DNA of 63,999 bases, filler included, from Circinaria calcarea (lineage: Eukaryota), in assembly GCA_051942165.1 (NCBI GenBank). It is 9 parts of 9 records of this genome, joined end to end, with 100 filler letters (N's around TTAATTAATTAA, not from the genome) between each part and the next. Parts side by side here need not be neighbours in the genome. Positions count along the whole stretch, not along the records: positions 21,537 to 28,609 come from JAVECS010001415.1; positions 28,710 to 35,776 come from JAVECS010001416.1; positions 35,877 to 42,941 come from JAVECS010001417.1; 6 more parts are not named here. One strand, written 5' to 3'. The position numbers and the translations under genes are program-made. How positions within the stretch are numbered: position 1 is the stretch's first letter; each line of letters opens with the position of its first letter. The notes beneath the pieces were generated by a model, which saw nothing but the letters and a program-made list of their open reading frames with translations, was not told the origin of the DNA and searched no databases. Shown piece after piece: positions 26,053-37,338 of this stretch.

Positions 26053-27710
26053 ATGAAGCTTACGTTCAAGGTCCACCGGTGCTCTTGCCTCTCTCACATA
26101 ATCATTGCTAACGTGGTTCATCGTCAATAGGACCTCAAGCAGCAAAAGTTTGTTGTTGAAGCTGAGCCTTCTGAAACAGTAGGCACCACACTTTCCCTTC
26201 ACATTCAGAATGCAGGGGACGTTGGGAGAGGGGCTTTGGATTACAGAGCGCATGACCTTTCGAAACGCTGACTTGGGGTGTTTATAGATTGGCGAAGTGA
26301 AGGAGAAGATATCAAAGGAAAAAGGATGGGAGCCAAGCTTACAGAAGCTCATTTACTCTGGTACGTCGTCAAAAGATCTTGGAAGCCAAGCTCTCCGGCG
26401 CGAACAACGCAATGGAGCAACGTGTGAGCGCATTAGGCGCATTTTACACTAACAATACTTGCTGGAAAAAGGGAAAATTTTACAAGATGCCAACACCGTC
26501 GAGTCATATAACATCGAGGAGAAAGGGTTTATCGTATGCATGGTGTCTAAGGTTAGTTGGAGCCTTCATCGCTATATCAGCGAAAAATAATCATCATATC
26601 CACAGCCAAAGGCCGCGCCCGCTAGCTCCTCGGCCGCAGCTTCTTCCGCGAAACCACCCTCGACACCGACCGCTACAACTGCCCAAACACCTGCTCCGCC
26701 ACCAGCCCCGGTGGCAGCGCCGAGCACCTCAACTACAGATGCACCTTCTACACCCTCGCCGGCTCCCGTAGCCGCGAACACAACCACAACAGAAAGCGGA
26801 ACTTTTAATGATCCATCAGCGTTAGCTCTTGGGTCAGTGCGCGCTTCGGCGATTGCGAACATGGAGAGTATGGGATTCCCGCGTGCAGACATTGATCGTG
26901 CAATGAGAGCAGCATTTAATAATCCAGACCGTGCGGTGGAATACTTGCTCAACGTACGTTAAGTTGGCTTTGCCATGTGGAGCTGCTGTTAACCATTCTC
27001 TAGGGGATCCCCGAAAACATCCAAGCGGAAGAGAGACCGCGACAAACAGCTAGGCGTCCTGTAGCAGGGGCAGTACCACAAACCGATACCACTAATCCGA
27101 CACCAGCTGCTCCCTCAGGTGATGGCGGTGATGAACCGATCAATCTTTTCGAAGCCGCCGCTCAAGCCGGTCGCTCAGGAGGTGCTGGAGGACGAAGTGC
27201 ACCAAGACAGACAGCTGGTGCTGTTCCAGGGCTGGAAGGTCTGGCAGCTGCCGGGGCCGGGGCTGGTGCAGGTGGATTAGGTAACCTCGACTTTCTCCGC
27301 AACAATCCTCAATTCCAGCAACTTCGGCAAATCGTTCAGACGCAGCCTCGTATGCTTGAGCCTATTTTGCAGCAGGTTGGAGCTGGGAACCCACAACTTG
27401 CGCAGTTGATTGGTCAGAACCCTGATCAGTTCCTTCAGCTTTTAAGCGAAGATGCGGACGAGGACGCGCCGCTGCCGCCCAACGCGCAGGCTGTTAGTGT
27501 TACCGAGGAAGAGCGAGAAGCTATTGAGCGCGTAAGTTTTTCTAGTGTAGTAGTGTTCGTGACAGCTAGCTAATATGGTTACCTCAGCTATGCCGTCTCG
27601 GATTCGAGAGGGACTTGGTCATCCAGGCCTATTTTGCCTGCGAAAAGAACGAAGAGCTCGCCGCCAATTTCCTGTTCGACCAACCTGAAGAAGGAGGGGA
27701 TGATGCTTAG
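26053..27710 (+). CDS. RAD23: UV excision repair / proteasome shuttle protein Rad23 (UBL-UBA-XPCB-UBA)
   Basis: Seven exons: 26053-26070, 26131-26178, 26288-26360, 26472-26551, 26606-26953, 27004-27531, 27588-27710. Motifs [82 protein letters not shown]. Confidence 0.97.
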
Positions 27711-28260
27711 TCGATTCCGGGGGGGGGGGCCGCCTTTCCAGGACGTTGATGTCCGTAATTGGGGAATTGGCTTCATGCTTGCTCAAAAGCTCGTTGTGGC
27801 GAGGGGTGGGATGAGAAAACGGAAATCAGTGGTATCAGCTGAGGAGGGGGGGATACTGATTAGCAGAGCATGGATTGTTCTTTTTTTGCATGTACTTAAT
27901 TTGAGACGATGCCCTCGATCCTCGATAAAACGGGGTGTCCAGTCGACACTCCCCCCCGATGCATTCGCATTCGCATTCGCTAGCCAAAGCTTGCAAGTCC
28001 TACCTTTACCACCTTATTGTAATCTGCGATAGATTGGGGGAAAAAAGGAAAAATAATAATCAGGGGCTTTTTTTTTTTTTTTTTTTTTTTTCAATCAATC
28101 AAGCAAGTTCACCCTTGTAGTAGAGTAATCCATCTGTGTGTTTTTTTTTTTTAAGGGGGAGGAGGGAGAGGAGGGGCTTTGGTACAGAGAATGACCAGTT
28201 CAATCAATCGAGCTCCTCTCACCTTCTCCCCTCCTCCTCTTCTCCTTCTCCCTCTAAAAT

Positions 28261-28318
28261 ATTACAATACATAACATCACATCACCTTACATTACATTAC
28301 ATTACATTACATTACATT
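28261..28318. repeat. Pentanucleotide microsatellite (ACATT)n with a degenerate 5' part
   Basis: attacaatacataacatcacatcaccttacattacattacattacattacattacatt. A poly-T run of more than 20 nt lies nearby at about 28068-28091. Confidence 0.85.
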
Positions 28319-28609
28319 CCACGTGAGATTTCCGCGCCAAGGGTAGGTTTTTCAATAGAATAGGTACTGTACTCTCTCCGACAGCCAAAAGATGGTGTTC
28401 CTCGAGGCTTCTTTCTTTTCTTTCCTTGCTTTCCTCGCAATACACTGCCTACATGTAGAGAGTAGTATAGTACACGGCTTCCCCCACGGCTTTCTTTCCA
28501 GTTCTGTAATCAATTCTGATAATAAATACATGGAACAACCTTTCATCCCCCTCTCCCCATCTCTCAATATACTTTCTTAATCCACCCCTCCTATCTCGAC
28601 CTCTCGACC

Positions 28610-28709
28610 NNNNNNNNNNNNNNNNNNNNNNNNNNNNNNNNNNNNNNNNNNNNTTAATTAATTAANNNNNNNNNNNNNNNNNNNNNNNNNNNNNNNNNNN
28701 NNNNNNNNN
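28610..28709. other. Artificial contig linker
   Basis: N44-TTAATTAATTAA-N44. Confidence 0.99.
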
Positions 28710-29395
28710 CCCCTTCACCACCCCCTGCACCTCCTCCGTAACCCACCCGCCGTAAAAGTCTCCCGGCTGCGCCTGCACCAATTCCCCATCAACGTAGCAA
28801 TCCCAAGGTCCAGCGTAGAAAGAAAGGTAGTCGGTAATGGGCGTGAAGGAGGCGGTCGGGGAGGCGTAAGACCAAATACGGTTGGAGACTGTGAGGGGCT
28901 TCACTGGCGAGGAACGCGAGGGAGATGAGGTGGTCTGATTGGGGGAAGGGGTTTGATCAGTGGGCGGGAAGGAAGCGGTTTGGGGAAAGGTAAGGTTCCA
29001 GTAGGTCGCGCGGCCTTTCCATTCGCAAAAGGAGCTGTGTGAGGATTGGCGAAGGAGGGGGCCGAAGAGAGGGGTTAAAGAGCTGGGTGGAAGGTAGTAT
29101 GCTAGATGATCGGGTGTGAGCGTAGATAGTGAGAAGGAGTGCCCTCTGGGGCGTGTAGATAGAAATCAATGTACTGAGAAGCACTCCAATCCCTCTTGTA
29201 GCAGGCCTCGCCATACAACAGGAAGAAAGGAGAGGCGTGCTCACTAGGTGGATGCATCGTCTCCAGCACCCAATAACCCTCTTTCGTATCCGCGACCAAC
29301 TCTCCGTTCCACTTGACCTGCAGATGCCTCGAGGTACGTTCGAGTAGGGGTGGCCGTGGGAAGGTCCGAGGGTTGAGCGGCGCTTTCGGAGGCAT
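28710..29395 (-). CDS. DUF427 family protein, 3'-truncated
   Basis: Exons 29395-29245 and 29101-end. Motifs FPRPPLLE, VLETMHPPTYYLP, SFCEWKGRATYW, IWSY, FYAGPWDCYVDGELVQAQPGDFYGGWVT. Confidence 0.88.
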
Positions 29396-30168
29396 TTTGA
29401 TAAATTGGCTTTCTGAAGGGGCGGTAGGGTAGTGTTGGGGGGTGGGAGGCGGGAAGAGCGGCGAGGGAGTTTGTGAATATGGTAGTTGGAATGAAATAAC
29501 TTGTACGGTTTCAGGGGTACAATCTAGTTTAAGGGCCAAATTCCTACCCTATGTATTCTACCCCTAGACCTCATCACCCGCTGTGAGCAACACGAAACAT
29601 CCAACCCCCACGTGCGAATCGGCCCGGAAGGCGTAGACGACAAGGATCTCTGATTGAATTCGTTTCGAGGATGAGCACGGTGGAGGTGGAGAGGTGGAAA
29701 GGATTTGGATACTAGGGATTCCAAGGGATTTCTGGATACGGGGAGCGACTGGGATTGTCATAGCATCTTCTGGTGCCGGTGGTAACCAGATTGGAGGATG
29801 GGTGATTGCATAGTATATTTATTGACTACTGCCTCCCTTCGGGGGTGAAAGGGGTGCCGATATTATCATGGTGTTCACTTAGTCTTCACGGCTCCTGTGT
29901 AGTGAAAGTCATAGATAAAAACAGTAAACGATAACACCAAGCTAATGCCTTATAACGAAGGAACACAGAACCAACTAACAAAAACAAAGTAGGCCGACCT
30001 CTAGTGCCGCCCTCCACCATGGAGCCTTTTTTCGCTTGTACAATTAACAAGCAGAGACCAGAAAAACCCGATTAACTCCAATGCCCGTCATGCAAACTCT
30101 CGTAATGCTTCTCCCCGCAAATCCCCTTAGGAACCAGGACTCGTCGTTGAAGGGTTTTGGGTTTGCCC

Positions 30169-31011
30169 TTAAGCCTGTTGCTGTTGTATATATTGCTCGG
30201 CCTGGTTAATGATACTCGGACCATGACTGATTGCATTACCCAAATAGCCTAAGCTGCCAGATGGAATGCCATGCTTGCGCTTAGCTTCCCGCTTCCGATG
30301 ATATGACCCTCGAACGGAAGTTGGAGGGCTTCGGACCGGGCCATTGACGAAGTATGGGATAGCCCCGTCACGTTTCGGGTTGCTTCGGAACAGGTTAACG
30401 TAATCGGGAACAGAACTGACAACATCACCGGTGAAGCCCAGAGAACCACTGGGAAGACGGTGATTACGCTTTGCTTCTCGTTTCAGCCGTTTTGGTTGAT
30501 TTGGCTGGGGTTGCTGGTTCTGTGGAGTTGACTGGGATTGAAAGAGATTGACATAGTCTGGTACCGCTCCGATCACGCTACCGGCGAAGTCCAAGCTGCC
30601 GTCCGGCAGCGAATGGCCGGTTTTTGGTTTGGGTGCTGCGTCTGGCTTATTGGCCTGGGGGGGTTTCGTCTCGGGGGGTTTTACATCAGGGGTTTTGGTT
30701 TCGGGAGCTTTAGCATTATGAGGTTTTGCTCCGCGGTTTTTCCTCTTTACCGCCCTACGAGTAGAAGATGAATCCCGTCTATACCCTTGCGCCTTAGAGG
30801 TAGCCGCTTTGTGCGGCACATTTGATTGATAGTTATGTCCCTGTTGCAAGGAAGAGTATTGTGACGGTGGCGCAAGTGGCATCCCAATTGAGTGAGTATC
30901 GAGGGTATGTTTCTGTCGATCTTCCGGTCCTGGAGGAATCAAGGCTCCTGCGGTGACTTGGGACAGCGCCAGTACTGACAAGAAGAGGGTAAAGGCCTTG
31001 AGAAAAGTCAT
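30169..31011 (-). CDS. Secreted precursor with three repeated peptides bounded by KR/KREAKR sites (Kex2-processed repeat protein-like), 280 aa
   Basis: Signal peptide MTFLKAFTLFLSVLALSQVTAG. Repeats HSLPDGSLDFAGSVIGAVPDYVNLFQS, HRLPSGSLGFTGDVVSSVPDYVNLFRS and HGIPSGSLGYLGNAISHGPSIINQ. Two KREAKR linkers. Confidence 0.8.
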   Translation of the reverse strand: MTFLKAFTLFLSVLALSQVTAGALIPPGPEDRQKHTLDTHSIGMPLAPPSQYSSLQQGHNYQSNVPHKAATSKAQGYRRDSSSTRRAVKRKNRGAKPHNAKAPETKTPDVKPPETKPPQANKPDAAPKPKTGHSLPDGSLDFAGSVIGAVPDYVNLFQSQSTPQNQQPQPNQPKRLKREAKRNHRLPSGSLGFTGDVVSSVPDYVNLFRSNPKRDGAIPYFVNGPVRSPPTSVRGSYHRKREAKRKHGIPSGSLGYLGNAISHGPSIINQAEQYIQQQQA

Positions 31012-32617
31012 GATAGCGATTTCCAGAATCGTGATCACGTGAGGAAAATGAAAGAAAATCTGACGACTGTAATACAGGTGCACTTGTAAACTATATAAGA
31101 GAGATTTTCTGCAGACCAAAAGAAGGTCGAGAACAGATGATCTTATAGTACTGACAACAGAGATCGTGCCACTGTGCTTGTCTGTTTTTGTTGTCATAAA
31201 GCATTTCTTCTATAAACAGACGAGTCCCGTGTATCGTAGTTGCCGTCCAACAATGGACTTTCATAGGCGGCCCAATAGATTTCCACGACACTACTCCTCC
31301 ATTTTCCTTTTGTACCCCCAACATGTATCAGTAGAAGATGATTCTGTAAATCTCAAGCGGAACATGGTACTCTGTGAAGAAAATAACGTTGGTTAGAGAG
31401 ACAATAACCTACTCTTCTGCGTGCGAACCCCGAGACATGACACATGTGAGGATGCATTGCCTTTCAAACAGCCAGCAGCTGTCATCAACCCCAATTACAA
31501 CTCCCTTGGGGTCTAGGTCTGTTCGCTGTTAGGAGGTTAGCAAGTTCAATAGCCCCATGGAAGCTTTGGCGTGAAGTATTGAGCAATCAGACGAGACGGC
31601 TAGCTTCTGCGAGTGTACGTACTCTCGTGTACAGTACGACCAAATGAAAAGCACTAGGCGAAGATGCTCTAGGTCAGATGAGATGAATCTGCGTTGCACA
31701 GCATGCCAGCTGTGGTGCCACGAAGGCCATACATGCTCCATAGATGCGAACAAGACTTGCTTATGGTGTACTCTGCTTTACGGATCACCTACCCCTTAAG
31801 GATGCTATCTCTGTACCCTCATGACTTTCAATAGTACTTGGCAATACCGAGACAATCGCAGCGGACCAGTAGAAGATCGAGTCTGTACGGCGTTGACATC
31901 TCCTGTGGGGCAATCAACGAACTCGGGCAAACGGAGCCTCGGCATGTGCTCGGGTACCACTGTGAATTCAGCTAAGCCCAGACTCGAGTAGCGTCAAGCG
32001 GGAACGCCTTTCTCAAAATAGAGCCACGTGCTCACGTGTTTAAGGCGAGAACCACTTACCGAATACCCAAATACTCGGTCGATCCGTTGGTCTGTGTACT
32101 CCCAGAGGGTACCGAGAACCAGTTTTGGTGACTCGTCAACGTCAGATGTAATCTCCCTCTCCCAGAATACAGCAGACCCAACTGCCGCATGCAGATCGCC
32201 TTCTTAGCAGCCGGACCTAATTTCCCGGCAGACGGCAGATGGGGAGATTGGCGGGATTGGCAGATTGGCGGATTGCATCGTGAATCCTACCTACCTGTTT
32301 GGACGTGTGGTACGGGCCCAATTACTTCTCTTCGAAACTATTCCTCTCATGTTTTCATTTTCTCCAAGTATCTGGTCTTTGGCTTTGGTCCTTGGATTAT
32401 ACAAGCTAACAACGGCGCATCACCGGTGACAAGACCAACCCACCCAACTAAACCAACGTCTGTCACAACTGTTCCCAATTGCTTTCCACATAAAATTGCT
32501 CGCGATGCTAGACGTTTGGGCAAGAACTGAAGATAACCTGACAGGAAGAGCTGGGGACATAATACGACCAGAAGATACTTTTGTATCGGTATTGCCGTCG
32601 ACTAGTTTGTAAAGAAG

Positions 32618-35068
32618 ATGGAAACGATGAACGAGTTAAAAGCTGGTCAAGAGGTTATCGGAGAGCCCCTGGATAATCGACTACCTCCGCCCAAGTCCGC
32701 CAAGAAGAAGAAAAGTATTCCACGGCTCTTCTTGCTCTCGAGAGCGAAAAGTACAAAGTCAATACCGCCGTCACCTGTTATCCTACCTGAAATTTCCTCA
32801 CCCTCCCTCTCCAACCAGCATTCACCTCTACGCATATCTCCGTCTTCCTTCAAGGCAGATCTATCAAAATCCAGTGGTAATAGGTCAGAGGGGAAAGAGT
32901 CTGTACTGAAGGAGTCGAGTGGGAACATATTAAGGAATCTAGATCATTCGCCTCGAGATATGACAGACACATGGGGCAATTCTACGGATACGCTGCTCGA
33001 TTCGGTACAATATAATCAGAACGGAGAACCAGCTGTCAACGGATCAAAAACACGGTCCCCAAAAGCCCGTACGGAGCATTCTCGTACATCACATCACATC
33101 ACCGACGAAAAGCGTTCTCAGCGGCCTCCACGACTGCCTATGAAATCTTCCATGGTCCTGCGAGATAGAGTTGCCTCGACATCTCATCATCCTACGCACA
33201 TACAGTCTGATGTCGACTTACCCTTACGACCTTCCACGGCAACGCATTGCGAGTTCCCAGAAGCCTATTTGGACACCATCCAGCGTCCGCCTTTACCTGT
33301 TGCAAGTGCTCCACATGCAAAAAGTGAGGGCAAAATACCACAGAGACCGAAGACATCGAATGAGTGGAATCCGTGGTCAGGTCCGTTTAGTCGTGATCAC
33401 CTCAGAGATAGCTCTCGCTCCGGGCTGAGTACCGAATCTAGCTTACTCGATACTGGCAGCACAGAGCAAAGCAGCATCTTTACGAAGATGAGTTCAACAA
33501 GTGATATGACCGTGGATTTCGAAGAAGACGAATCTCCACGAACGCGGAGTATGACTGTCGACGATGCAATACAACTGTATTCGGCTGGATTTGACGGTGA
33601 TTTTGGTATTGGTGATGGACATACGCCTCGCTCAGGAAACTCGGCGGAGATTCGGAGACGGTCCGTTAAGATTGCGGAAGCAATGAATGACTGCATGGAC
33701 TCTCTTATGCTCACGTCGCCGGAGCCGGTAGTGCTTGAACCTGAATCAAAGTCTTCCGTAACGATCATGTCAGGGGGTGCCTTTCGAAACATTTTTCCGA
33801 ATCCTCCTTCCATACAACAACCGACCAATACACATGACCAATACGGGTTTCGGAAATCATCACGAGATATCAATCATACCCAGTACGATGTTTGGCAGAC
33901 AGGTTATGTTGAAATCCAGGATAGACGAACCAACAAGTGGATCATCTTTATGAAAGACCAAGGTCTCTCAACCCAAGACCCGACCCGCTTTCCACAACGT
34001 TCGATTAAAACTCAGCGATTTATTAGAAAAGGTATCCCACCTGCTTGGCGTGGCGAAGCCTGGTTCTTCTATGCCGGCGGTGAAGCGTACCTCAACAAGC
34101 ATCCCGATCTCTACGCTAGACTTGTTCTTTTGTCTCAGACCCCCAGACTTAGTGCAAATGATAAGGAGTCGGTGGAAAGGGACATTAATCGGACATTCCC
34201 GGATAATCTACACTTTAAGCCTGATCCTCCTCTTACGCCCACTTCAGAAACCTCTCTTTTGTCCTCTTTACGCCGTGTCCTCTGTGCTTTCGCTGTTCAT
34301 CATCCCCGGATAGGTTATTGCCAGTCGCTTAACTTCTTGGCCGGCCTGCTTTTGCTCTTTCTCCCCGAAGAGAAGGCTTTTTGGATGTTGCATATTATCA
34401 CGACCTCTTACCTACCCGGTACGCACGACATCAGTCTCGAAGGTGCGAATGTCGACCTTTGGGTTCTCATGCTCGCCTTGAAAGAAGCGGTCCCTTCTAT
34501 CTGGGCCAAGGTGGGGGGGGAGGTAAACGCCACCGCACAGCGTCTCCCTCCTGTCTCTCTCTGTACGACATCTTGGTTCATGAGCCTCTTCATTGGCACC
34601 TTACCTATAGAATCCGTGCTCCGGGTCTGGGATGTACTATTCTACGAGGGCAGCAAAACACTCTTTCGCGTCGCCCTAGCAATATTCAAGCTCGGCGAAA
34701 CCGAAATCAGAAACGTGAGCGATCCGATGGAGATCTTCCAAGTGGTACAGGGCCTGCCGAGGAAGATGCTAGAAGTGGGCGCCTTATTGGACGTCGCGTG
34801 CGGCCGGGGACTCGTTAGTCAAGCTTGGCTAGAGAAGAAGAGAAAGGAGCGGAGGGAATGGTATGCCAAGGAACGAGCGGTTGAAAAGGTCTGTAAGGAG
34901 TCCAGAGATTCCGGGAGGAAGCTGTCCAAATCTACGGAGAGGAATGATTCCGCACCTGCGGGGACCACGGAACTGCTAGACGATGAGGAGCTGAGTCTAG
35001 CAACTACCAGGAGCAGAGCTGATACAGGGTGGCGGACACGGTTTGGATTGGGTAGACGGACCGATTGA
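32618..35068 (+). CDS. MSB3: TBC-domain Rab GTPase-activating protein (Msb3/Gyp3-like)
   Basis: 816-aa ORF with HDQYGF, RKGIPPAWRGEAW, VERDINRTFP (Arg finger), IGYCQSLNF (Gln finger) and LRVWDVLFYEGSK. An upstream exon cannot be excluded. Confidence 0.9.
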   Translation: METMNELKAGQEVIGEPLDNRLPPPKSAKKKKSIPRLFLLSRAKSTKSIPPSPVILPEISSPSLSNQHSPLRISPSSFKADLSKSSGNRSEGKESVLKESSGNILRNLDHSPRDMTDTWGNSTDTLLDSVQYNQNGEPAVNGSKTRSPKARTEHSRTSHHITDEKRSQRPPRLPMKSSMVLRDRVASTSHHPTHIQSDVDLPLRPSTATHCEFPEAYLDTIQRPPLPVASAPHAKSEGKIPQRPKTSNEWNPWSGPFSRDHLRDSSRSGLSTESSLLDTGSTEQSSIFTKMSSTSDMTVDFEEDESPRTRSMTVDDAIQLYSAGFDGDFGIGDGHTPRSGNSAEIRRRSVKIAEAMNDCMDSLMLTSPEPVVLEPESKSSVTIMSGGAFRNIFPNPPSIQQPTNTHDQYGFRKSSRDINHTQYDVWQTGYVEIQDRRTNKWIIFMKDQGLSTQDPTRFPQRSIKTQRFIRKGIPPAWRGEAWFFYAGGEAYLNKHPDLYARLVLLSQTPRLSANDKESVERDINRTFPDNLHFKPDPPLTPTSETSLLSSLRRVLCAFAVHHPRIGYCQSLNFLAGLLLLFLPEEKAFWMLHIITTSYLPGTHDISLEGANVDLWVLMLALKEAVPSIWAKVGGEVNATAQRLPPVSLCTTSWFMSLFIGTLPIESVLRVWDVLFYEGSKTLFRVALAIFKLGETEIRNVSDPMEIFQVVQGLPRKMLEVGALLDVACGRGLVSQAWLEKKRKERREWYAKERAVEKVCKESRDSGRKLSKSTERNDSAPAGTTELLDDEELSLATTRSRADTGWRTRFGLGRRTD

Positions 35069-35776
35069 TTGATTGGGGATCGGAATGACCTGGTATCCAT
35101 GGTTACGGGCTGTATGAGTATTCGGAGGCTTTTCTTGTCTTGTGTTTGTATTCTGCCGGCGCACACGATGACGGGATATGAAATGGTCATATACACGATG
35201 TTTACGACATAAGGATATAAGATCTATATTTTCCCCCGAAAAGTTTACTTGGGGGCTGGGCGGTTGGTATGATTTTGTTTATATCTAGGAAGGAAGGAGA
35301 GGGGAATGAGGAATAGAATCTAACTCTCCTTGGGGGAATTGGCGGATTAGAAGCGTATAATAAGATCAGGGAAATAGATGGGGATATGATATAGTCTATA
35401 GAAATCTGATGAGAGAAACTGTCACTCACCGTTTAAGTACTCTGAAAAAAAAAACCCCCCCTTTCATCTCAATCAAAGCCCCTTATTTACATTCTCCCTC
35501 GAAAAAAAAACCTCCCTCCCCAAGGACCCCCGGGAGGGGAGGATTCGAGCTTGACTCGAGCTTGGCTGACTGAGGTAGGATAACGTACTCCCGTACATAG
35601 AGTCGCCAACTTTTTGTAGGAGGAGAAGTAGAAGAAGTAAAGGGGACGGACGCCGTGCGTTTCCAGGGAGGGGTTGTTTACTTTTTTTTGGTTTTCGAAA
35701 ATGAGGGTTTAAAGGGTTGAGTTGAATTGAAGAGGAAGCGAGCACCCCTTCCACCCCCCCACCCCCCCACTAAAAG

Positions 35777-35876
35777 NNNNNNNNNNNNNNNNNNNNNNNN
35801 NNNNNNNNNNNNNNNNNNNNTTAATTAATTAANNNNNNNNNNNNNNNNNNNNNNNNNNNNNNNNNNNNNNNNNNNN
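35777..35876. other. Artificial contig linker
   Basis: N44-TTAATTAATTAA-N44. Confidence 0.99.
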
Positions 35877-37302
35877 CCTGATACGATGTGCTCTCTTCTG
35901 AAATCACACGCTTGCCAGGGGGGCAAGGGGATGAGCAACGCCGAAAAGAGCATGGATGTTGGGGGGGGGGGAAACAGAGAGCCAAGGCTGACCCAGAGAG
36001 GCCAGGTGGCAACGGAAGAATGGCAGGGTTGGTTGGCGGGCGAGACAAGACAACAGTACAGCAGCCAGCGGCCAGCTGACGGGGGTCGGAGAGTAGAGTC
36101 ATGTATGATTGGCTGCAATGAAAGCGCGCGCGGAATCGTGCCGAGCGTTGGCTGCGTGTGTGTGGGATGCTCGGATAGTACGGAGTAGTAGGTAGCAGAT
36201 ACAGTACCTTGGATAAGTCGGACGGTACGACCGAGAAGATAGGACTGCCGGGATGGCGAAGGAAGCAGCAACGCCAACGGCCAAGAGTTAACGAGTCAAC
36301 GCAAGTCACAGAACGAGTGAGACTATTCCCCGTCAGAGTAGGAATGGGAACACTCTCCAAGCACCAAGCACCATTTACCAAGCACCAATCACCACCGGGC
36401 AAAAGCGCGGCGCGGGCTTGGAAGGGCATGGCATACTGTACATGGGATGATACATGTTAGGCTGACAGCAATGACAGCAGATGATTTGGATCGAGTGCCG
36501 TTGCCAGGAATTCGCTGCCAACGCCTCCAGCTATTCCCGCGCAACCGGGACTTTTGGTGACTCGACTGTGGGGTTCAGTAGTTTGCGAAGGTCGATCCGA
36601 GCTGAGAATGCTTCCTTCCATTCATTGGTCATGCAACCAACGACGACGACGTGGTCCCAAGGAGAATTCCGATCAGCGATGAAGCAATGATCGCCTCGAA
36701 CGCTAACGGTTTTAGTCACCCGCAGGACTACATTAGTAGAAAGGATTTGGGTGTTGGGGATTAGGTGGCGGGGTCGGTCAAATCAGAAAAGGGCAAGTCA
36801 ATCATCTGGGTGTGCCGACCGTACATTTCTTTGTCCTTCGTGGCTAGGAATGCGCCGACGTTGATTGGTGCGAGCGAGACTGGGGACCACGGGCGCAGAG
36901 TCGTATCGAAGAGTCCATCGCAGCCACACACAGCACACGGCTTAGGATGCGGTTTGACCAGCCTGTTCCACACGCAGGAATCCAACCCTCCTAATCCCTC
37001 CCTTCCATTCCTTCTGGCAATCCCGGACTGCCCCATCGACGCCTGCGGTTGGCCGCTTCACTTAAGTGACCGTGCATATGCGTTTGCAAGGGTTGGGTGT
37101 CAGAAAGAGGCAATTCGCATTGCGAGGAAAACCGCGCCTCGTTTGCGTGCGTGGGCGTTGATTCGCCCCCTGAAGACAATCAACCCTACCGCATGCAGAC
37201 TGCGTACACAGTACTCCCTTAGCGTCTGCCGTCTGCCCAGAGCCCAGCTGGCGATTTGAATGGCTAGTTTGGCAACCCTCCGCCCATGGGAGCGCCAAAA
37301 TG

Positions 37303-37338
37303 GGGCGAGGGCGAGGGCGAGGGCGAGGGCGAGGGCGA
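37303..37338. repeat. Hexanucleotide microsatellite (GGGCGA)x6
   Basis: gggcgagggcgagggcgagggcgagggcgagggcga. Confidence 0.9.

Noticed and set aside
30169..31011. Alpha-factor-like mating pheromone precursor
   Set aside because: The repeats are ~25-30 aa, divergent, and lack the short Cys/Trp-containing WC..GQPCW-type core of Pezizomycotina alpha-pheromones.
31880..31950. Ankyrin-like peptide YGVDISCGAINELGQT
   Set aside because: Too short and not extendable into a frame. Likely chance or an unrecognisable relic.
32247..32268. Three ATTGG (reverse CCAAT) boxes upstream of the TBC gene
   Set aside because: They are part of a short degenerate GATTGGC repeat, and function cannot be supported without a mapped TSS.
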